DNA of 63,859 nt, counting the filler, from Octopus bimaculoides (lineage: Eukaryota), in assembly GCF_001194135.2 (NCBI RefSeq). It is 7 parts of 6 records of this genome, joined end to end, with 100 filler letters (N's around TTAATTAATTAA, not from the genome) between each part and the next. Parts side by side here need not be neighbours in the genome. Positions count along the whole stretch, not along the records: positions 56,102 to 59,061 come from NC_068996.1; positions 59,162 to 60,878 come from NC_068982.1; positions 60,979 to 63,859 come from NW_026381282.1; 4 more parts are not named here. The stretch is one strand, 5' to 3'. The notes below the pieces were generated by a model. It was not told the origin of the DNA and searched no databases. It saw only the letters and a list, made by a program, of their open reading frames with translations. A program made the translations under genes and the position numbers. Of the stretch, positions 56,102-63,859 are shown one piece after another (position 1 is the stretch's first letter; each line of letters opens with the position of its first letter).

Positions 56102-56232
56102 ATATAACAAAAGACTGTTACTCGGAGTTTCACGTTCCCGTTCATCGGACAGTTTTGTTAGAAAACAGTTTTGTTAGAAAACTGTCCGATGAACGGGAAC
56201 GTGAAACTCCGAGTAACAGTCTTTTGTTATAT
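56102..56232. repeat. Perfect 55-bp inverted repeat with 21-nt spacer
   Basis: 56102-56156 is the exact reverse complement of 56178-56232. Confidence 0.95.
56181..56220 (+). ncRNA. Type I hammerhead-like motif (U4C core variant); mirror copy on minus strand 56114-56153
   Basis: ACUGU-CCGAUGA-ACG(GGAA)CGU-GAAA-CU(CCG)AG-UA-ACAGU. Stems I, II and III all pair. The predicted cleavage is after GUA at 56215. Confidence 0.6.
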
Positions 56233-56284
56233 TTCTGCTGCTTTTAAATAAAGCATACATATATATATGTATATTCTTTTATTC

Positions 56285-56488
56285 TTTTTCACGTTTCAGT
56301 CATTTGACTGCGGCCATGCTGGAGCATCGCCTTTAAGGGTTATAGTCAAGAAAATCGACCCCAAGACTTATTTTTTGCAAGCCTAGTACTACTTATTCTA
56401 TCGGTCCTTTTTGCCGAATCGATAGGTTGCGGGAACATAAACATACCGACATCGATTGTCAAGCGAATTAGGGGACAAACACAGACCT

Positions 56489-56535
<47 letters not shown>

Positions 56536-56690
56536 CACACACACACACACATGACGGGCTCTTTTCAGTTTCTGTCTACCAAATCTACTCACAAGGTTAT
56601 AGTAGAAGACGCTGAAGGTGCCACGTAGTGAGACTGAGTCCCGGAACAATGTTGTTGAGAGGCAAGATTCTTACCACACAACAACGCCTG
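56285..56690 (-). mobile_element. OK-like SINE with internal (CA)n
   Basis: Match to 31062-31461. Confidence 0.85.
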
Positions 56691-56721
56691 CGCTTCAACA
56701 CATAAACACATGTATAAACAC

Positions 56722-57085
56722 ATATGTATGTATGTTCCTCTTCTATTTTTAGCTATTTAAATTCTTCCTCTGAAGAAGGAGCTGGTCTCTAATAAAGATA
56801 CAAAGCTCCATCTTTGGAATGTAGATAACAAAACCAAAGTCATATTTTAAACCTGGGAAAAGTCTTGCATATCTTTACTGTTCCGCTTACAAGTTGTATT
56901 TGTAATGTGCAAATCAGATGATTTGATATCTTTTTCTAAAAATCCAAACTTATCTAGACTGACAAGCATTTACTTACAAGACTATGTGCACCAATTATTA
57001 TTGTAAATTTACTTTTTATTTTTACTTCAAATGTAAATTTGTTATCCGGATAAAGAACCTGGAGGTTTCGAGGCAGTTGTTGATA
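56722..57085 (-). mobile_element. R4-clade LINE, short 5'-truncated copy in tandem with the next copy
   Basis: Diverged duplicate of about 57105-57430 (C-terminus and 3' UTR). Confidence 0.8.
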
Positions 57086-57104
57086 GTTATGTATGTGTGT
57101 ATGT

Positions 57105-58217
57105 CTCTTCTATTTTTTAATTATTATAAATCTTCCCCTGAGGAGGGAGCCAGTTTCCAACAAAAATACAAGGCTCCATCATTGGAATGTAGATAACGAA
57201 ACCAAAGTCACATTTTAATCCTAAGAAAAGTCTTGCATATCTTTAGTGTTCCACTTACAAGCTGCATTTGTAATGTACAAATCAGTTGATTTCTTTTTCT
57301 GGAAATCCAAACTTATCCAGACTGACAGCTAGGCATTTACTTACAAGACCAAGTGCTCCAGTTATTATTGGTATAAGTGTAAATTTGTAATCCGGATGTA
57401 AAAGCTGCAGATTTCGTAGCAGTTGCTCATTGTTATCATGATCCTCTCTGATTCTCAAAAAGATATTCGCCATCAGCAGGACAGCTGACCTCTATGATGG
57501 TACATACTTTTCCTTGTCTATCGCTGGCAACACTATCCGGCCTGTGATACGTACACTTGACAGATGTTTTCATAGGACAGATCCAACAGTATTCCCTGTG
57601 CTGATGTTTCTCTACGTATTCAATAACAGGAAAATGCTCTATATTTATTCCAGGATAGTCGTTTTTCCGGATGGCGTTGTGTACTGTTTTTGCGACATAA
57701 GAAAGTATTGCCTTGACGACATATTTCGGCAGCTGCTAATCACAAGTGTGATGGCTTCCACAAAAATATGATGTAATCATCTTCCGTTGCATCATGGAAC
57801 TCCAAGGGCTTCATTGTTGCAAATGCATAACCTTCGAAGTGTGATGTCCAAGAATCCAAGAGAAGCTTCAATTCATGCCAATGTTACTATCTTTTTCAAG
57901 TCTTGGAGAAACATATCTATGCATGGTCTACATTTGGTATGCTTAGCGTTTCACCGCCAGGTTTCCTTTAGGTAAGCTAGTCCGGCTGGTTTCGGGCTCT
58001 GTGTGAAGTCATCAAGAAAAGAGTGCTTCCGACCAATATGATATTGTTTTCTTCACTTTTCAGCACTAATCTTGTGTATTATTTTTGCCGCTGTTGCTTA
58101 GCAACTGATGTCTGAAAAAGACTATGCATCACTCGAAGATTCGAAAACTGTCTGGACAGATCTCAAGCCTCTGCCTTCTTTATCTCTTTTCATGTAGAGC
58201 CTATCGATGTTACTACG
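57105..58217 (-). mobile_element. R4-clade (RLE-type) non-LTR retrotransposon, 5'-truncated, frameshifted
   Basis: Minus-strand pieces: NIDRLYMKRDKEGRGLRSV (post-RT), TSHFEGYAFA, EAITLVISSC (zinc-knuckle remnant), HRPDS..DRQGKVCTIIEVSCPAD (restriction-like endonuclease motif), YKFTLIPIITGALGLV, and VSGTLKICKTFL. Confidence 0.9.
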
Positions 58218-59167
58218 TATGTATGTATGTATGTGTATGTATGTATGTATGTATGTGTGTATGCATGTATGCATGTATGTATGTATGTATGTATGTATGT
58301 ATGTATGTATATGCAGTACAGTTGTGTCGTTAAGAAATTTGCTTCTTAATCGCGAATTCTTTCTTGGATTCGACACACTTTGCTCTAATGTCATTTTGTA
58401 CAACATCGAGTTGACCCATACATTGTGAGTGAATGTCGATAGATGGAAAGTGTAGAGAAACCCGTCAAATAGTTTGCAATTGAAAAGATACATCCTCTTA
58501 CCGCTGTGTCCGGCTGATTCTATCTGAGAATTATGTTCAGGGTATGCATGCTTCTCCACCACAAGGTCCAGTCCATGTTACAATATGGCGGTTTTAGTGC
58601 CCCATTGATTCTGAGGCCTGTGACAGTGGAGTGCAAGACCTTGGCTGAGCCACTCACGCCAGATAAGTGAAGGTATGCAGTTAGATGGATATGGATCAAG
58701 TCTTTCAAGACATAAAAATGGTTTTGAGCAGGGCCAATACCCCTATATAGTAAAACAAAAATCAAAAGTTACAGAAGCGTTTGTGACAATTCTAAACCAA
58801 CAAAATCTGGTAGCGTCCCTCAGAGAACCATCCGGAGCAGCGCAACAAAAATTTAAAGGGAAACTACGAGATCGTCTGCCGTTTTGTAGAGCTTAAAAAG
58901 TGGAGATCCGGTAAGATAGAAGTAGAAAACAGCCTAGAGTTGTGAGTAGTGAAGGAAAGTCATCGATGAGCGAAAAGTTTCCTCACTGACCTGTACATGT
59001 CTGTGGAATGCTTAGTCGCTCTTATGGTAATCCAAGAGAACGGTGAATCGAACAATAACTANNNNNNNNNNNNNNNNNNNNNNNNNNNNNNNNNNNNNNN
59101 NNNNNTTAATTAATTAANNNNNNNNNNNNNNNNNNNNNNNNNNNNNNNNNNNNNNNNNNNNAACAAT

Positions 59168-59203
<36 letters not shown>

Positions 59204-59207
<4 letters not shown>

Positions 59208-59462
59208 CAATTCCTATCATAGTAGGTGCCTTAGGTATAATAAAAAAATATTCAGACAAATACATAACAAAAACACCAGGACTTACAAATATATATAACA
59301 TGCAGGAAATTGCACTACTGGGCACTGCACACATTCTACGCAAAACGCTTCCAATACAGTAAACATAAGAGCACCACAGCAAACCACAGCACATACCCAA
59401 GGGGCACAGAGCTGCGCTCGGTAGTGAAATGAAAGCACGTTATAAAAATAAAACTACTGAAC
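59204..59462 (+). mobile_element. Dong-like R4 LINE 3' end within (AAT)n
   Basis: KTIPIIVGALGIIKKYSDKYITKTPGLTNIYNMQEIALLGTAHILRKTLPIQ* (stop at 59360-59362) plus a 3' UTR, with (AAT)n on both sides. Confidence 0.9.
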
Positions 59463-59480
59463 AATAATAATAATAACAAT

Positions 59481-59515
<35 letters not shown>

Positions 59516-59924
59516 TAATAATGAATTATTACTCTAGTAATAATGTAAATGTGTGTAAATAATGTAAAAACAATGTAAATGACTAAATATTCAAAAGAGT
59601 GGTCGTTAAATCTTTAAGTAACATTCTATCGTGATTAAAAGGAGATTTTAGTCTGACCCAATTTCTTAAGGAGCTATATCTTAGAACATTCTCTAGAAAT
59701 GGTAGGCTTCCATATAATTAAAAAAATTTTATACTACTAAACGGAGCTCTGTTGATATTACTGTCATATTGACATAAAGAGCAATAGAAGTGATTTATGA
59801 GTCTTCCTTGTCATCAATATTTTTGTTGTTGTTTAACCCCAGGTCAGGCCTGAAGGAGCAGAACTTTCTTGAACGTCATTCAAGTCATGACTACTGAGTC
59901 TTTTCGTTTGTCTCTTTTGTCTTT

Positions 59925-60150
59925 GATCTTTTATTTGTTGTAGTCATTAGACTGTGGCCATGCTGGGGCACTGCCGTGAAGAAATTTTAATCAAATGAAT
60001 CAACTACTCAACCGAAGTACTCTTTTTTTTCTTTTCTTTTTTTTCTCAACCTAGTACTTATTCTTCAGTCTCATTTTGCTGAACTGATAAGTTATGGGAT
60101 GTAAACAAACCAACACCAGTTGTCAAGTGTTAATGGGGAACAAATACAGA
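59925..60150 (-). mobile_element. OK-like SINE 3' half
   Basis: Degenerate match to 31062-31260. Confidence 0.75.
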
Positions 60151-60302
60151 AACAAAGATACTCACACACATATATTTGTGTGTGTGTGTGTATTTGTGAT
60201 ATTTTTTGCTGCTTTTAATAAAACATATTGCTCTACTCTACCTCTGGTATTTGAGTACTATTTTTCCCATCTTGTTTCACATTTTTGTGCTTTCTCTGGT
60301 AT

Positions 60303-60354
<52 letters not shown>

Positions 60355-60699
60355 TTTTATATAAATAAAGATAAGATTGTTATTTAAAATACCAATCATA
60401 CGTACATATACATGTATGTATATGTGCGTGTATGTAAGTATTCCTATGTTGTGTATATATATATATGTTTGTAATTATGTACTATCTATGTGTATCCCAC
60501 TAATGAGGCAGAGTATATTTTTATACAGAGCCAGAAATCCGGATCTGGGATTATCCAATAATTTTTTGTTAGTTCATTTGTCTATTTGTCTTTTCACCTT
60601 GTGCTGTATGAACACATGAAGTGGTTTTAGAGTTAAGTTTTGACTGCTATCTCTAGCATGGTGGTATCTCTTTGATTCCCTTAATTATAATATATATAT

Positions 60700-60853
60700 G
60701 ACAGGTTTTTTTCAGTTTCTGTTTGCTAAATCCATTCATAAGGTTTTGGTTAGTCCAAGGCTATAGTAGAAGACACTTGCCCAAGGTGTGGGACTGAACC
60801 CAGAACCATGTGGTTAGAAAGCAAGCTTCTTACTACACAGCCATGCCTGCACC
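60700..60853 (-). mobile_element. OK-like SINE 5' half
   Basis: Reverse complement of 23417-23580. Confidence 0.85.
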
Positions 60854-61499
60854 TATATATATATATATATATATATATNNNNNNNNNNNNNNNNNNNNNN
60901 NNNNNNNNNNNNNNNNNNNNNNTTAATTAATTAANNNNNNNNNNNNNNNNNNNNNNNNNNNNNNNNNNNNNNNNNNNNTATATATATATATATATATATA
61001 TATTGTAACAATGTGAAAGAGAGTGCTAGGACAGCTGCTCTCTATAATGTGGCGATCACCTAATTTTATCGGGAAACAAGAATGGACATTACTTAGATAT
61101 ATTTAGGAAAGTCCTAATAGCATTATTTAATGACAGAGGGCTTAAATTACTATAGATAATATTCTCATTATAGTAACACTTTTCTCTCTTTCTTTCTTTC
61201 TTTTTTGGCACGACCTTGAGACGAGCAAATTATAGCTTTAGCACATATAGCACATATTATAATCTGCGTGAGAAATCAGAATACGTAAATAAGACTTGAA
61301 ATTATCCATCAACCGATCTCGAGGAATATAGGTTTCAGTGTTAGTAAGTGCATAACTTTGATCCTTTACAGTAAAGCTCGATTTTAATAAGACCATCAAA
61401 GAAATAAATTGAATCACTCTTTGACTGTGGTTTCTAGCAATCCATTCCTCTTCTCCGCCTACTTTTTCTGAGAGGGTCGAGATGGTGAAATCGTCAGCT

Positions 61500-61780
61500 A
61501 GCCACTCCGTAGGGTCCTATCGGAGATAACTGTAATTACATTTAATGGCTGGATTCTGAAGTGCGACCACCTGAGGGTACAGATGTTAACCAGCCAGCTC
61601 ATTTATTGTCTACTCCTAGGTTTTCCTACCTGTTGGGTCGTCTTCAAAAATCCGCATCGTGATCTTCTCCATCGACATTCTAATCACACGTCCAAAGTAA
61701 CACTGTTGTGACCTCTCACTACTGAGATGTAGCGGCTCGACCAGGAGACACTCACTCGTCTCTAAGCTACGCAATGTCGA
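61500..61780 (-). mobile_element. RTE-like LINE C-terminal fragment, decayed
   Basis: Minus strand reads QCYFGRVIRM...RIFEDDPTGRK(fs)PRSRQ*MSWLVNI, resembling the RTE motif WFGHVxRM...GxRxRGRPxxxWxD. Confidence 0.65.
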
Positions 61781-62146
61781 GTAATGCTACTCCAGATTAC
61801 TTTCCGAGGAACCCGATTTCGGCCACTTATATTCTCAATCGCACTCTTTCGGTTATCACCGAACATTCATGAACTATTCTTTCTACAAAAATATTATTTT
61901 CATAACAGATATAAACATCTCTAAACATTGGAAGAAGAAAAGAGATATCGTGTTATAAAATCCAATATTTAATTTAACTTTTAGAATTAATATCGTTCGA
62001 CNNNNNNNNNNNNNNNNNNNNNNNNNNNNNNNNNNNNNNNNNNNNNNNNNNNNNNNNNNNNNNNNNNNNNNNNNNNNNNNNNNNNNNNNNNNNNNNNNNN
62101 NNNNNNNNNNNNNNNNNNNNNNNNNNNNNNNNNNNNNNNNNNNNNN

Positions 62147-62472
62147 GCAATTGTCTTCTACTATAGCCTCGGGCCGACCAAAGCCTTGTGAGTGGATTTT
62201 GTAGACGGAAACTGAAAGAAGACCGTCGTATATAAGTATATATATATGTATATGTATGTGTGTGTATATGTTTGTGTGTCTGTGTTTGTCCCCCAACACC
62301 GCTTGACAAACGATGCTGGTGTGTTTACGTCCCCGTAACTTAGCGGTTCGGCAAGACAGACTGATAGAATAAGTACTAGGCTTCCAAAGAATAAGTCCTA
62401 GGGTAGATTTGCTCGACTAAAGGCGGTGCTCCAGCATGGCCACAGTCAAATGACTGAAACAAGTAAAAGAGT
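62147..62472 (+). mobile_element. OK-like SINE (head in gap)
   Basis: High identity to the other copies. Confidence 0.9.
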
Positions 62473-63773
62473 AATAGGCGGCTATATTCTTACGATATCT
62501 GGATATCTAATTTAGAAGAGATCTACTATTGAAGAAATTCTAAAAATTCTTGGGCAAAGATCAGTAATGTATTGTACTATTGCCATCATGAATAACAACG
62601 AAAATCCAAAGCACTATAGAGTGGCATCCATGTAAAGATGCTATACACATAATTAATTATTTTGTGAATATAAAACGACAGATTTATCACAATTTACCTG
62701 GTTTTTACTGAAAAAGAGCAAATGAATTTAGCATGAGTTGATTAATTTAAGACAAAATACAATATAGTAGACAATTGTAAATTTGCAATAGGTTACTGCA
62801 TATGCTTTAGTAAGATATGAAGAACATTATTTCAAAATAAGAACGGACTGAAGCTCAAACGGAATTTATTAATGCAGTGCGTCTATGCAGATAAATATTT
62901 TACAATAATTATAGGCCGCTGATTTAAGTAACAAGATGTTTGAGAAAACTGTCGTTTTCTTCTTCTTTTCAAGAGGCATTTAGGAAGTAACGGAAGATGG
63001 TTCCTTCAAGCCCAGCCAATTGGCAGGAAAGCTAGCTATAGACTAAATGTGGGATGGTTGTATAATATTCATAAAATCAGTTTGTTATTCTTGGGTATCC
63101 AGTCTGAAAGTGTAACGAAAAATGCTTCTAAGAGGATAATATGGGGTAGGTACCTGAGAACAGCAGCCCCACCAACTGTCCAAGGAATAGCGGCAACGGA
63201 ACATAAACGGATAGAAGCAGGGCTTGACTACTGGATCAAGATATTTGTTTTTAGAAATATGCAAATAAAATAAACCCATTTTTAATGACATTTTGAAAGT
63301 ATACTCTTGAATGATTTAAACTGTTTTTCTTTTTCAGTTTTGCTTCATAAAAGGCAAGAAAATATATCTCAAATATCGGAAACGGTTCCTGCCAAGGAAG
63401 ATAAATGAATGCCTTGATTAAAATGTGTCTGGCATATGATTCGTTTTTGAAATAACGTCCGAACAGCGTTAGAAAATGTTAAATCTAAAATGACTTCGGT
63501 TTGTCCTAATATGCGAGAAAAAAAAATTTCTGTGTAAATGTAAGAGAAATTAATGTTTTATAAAGTGTTTGTTCGGGTTGTCAACTGAATAATAGCAGAC
63601 GCAGAATTCAGATTAATCACATCGTATGCTATTCAGCTGAAATTCATCTATCTATCTATATGTATATATATGTATGTAAATATATGTATGTATATATATG
63701 TATATATATGTATATATATGTATATACATGTATATATACATATGTATATATATATATGGATAAATATGTACAC

Positions 63774-63808
<35 letters not shown>

Positions 63809-63825
63809 TGTACATATATACATAC

Positions 63826-63859
<34 letters not shown>

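Noticed and set aside
62944-63273. About 110-codon plus-strand open frame and a hydrophobic minus-strand peptide
   Set aside because: No recognisable domain, weak splice signals and no ATG start.

Overview
AT-rich, repeat-dominated eukaryotic DNA with many N gaps (roughly an eighth of the window). The SINE families and microsatellite density suggest a coleoid cephalopod (Octopus-like); this is an inference. Six artificial 100-nt linkers (N44-TTAATTAATTAA-N44) show the window is several joined scaffolds. Almost all ORF-track entries are microsatellite or gap artefacts. The one well-supported host coding feature is missed by the track: a minus-strand mucin-like exon of (T/Q/P)STTTEQ heptads ending at a perfect GTAAGT donor (54122->=56001). 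The rest is mobile DNA: several tRNA-derived SINE families, decayed R4/Dong-clade LINEs sitting in (CATA)n and (TAA)n microsatellites, an RTE fragment, a mariner fragment and Tigger-like ends. The most notable signals are several minimal hammerhead-ribozyme motifs of the Penelope-like-element type. One lies downstream of a tRNA-like Pol III head, and another occurs as a perfect inverted pair.
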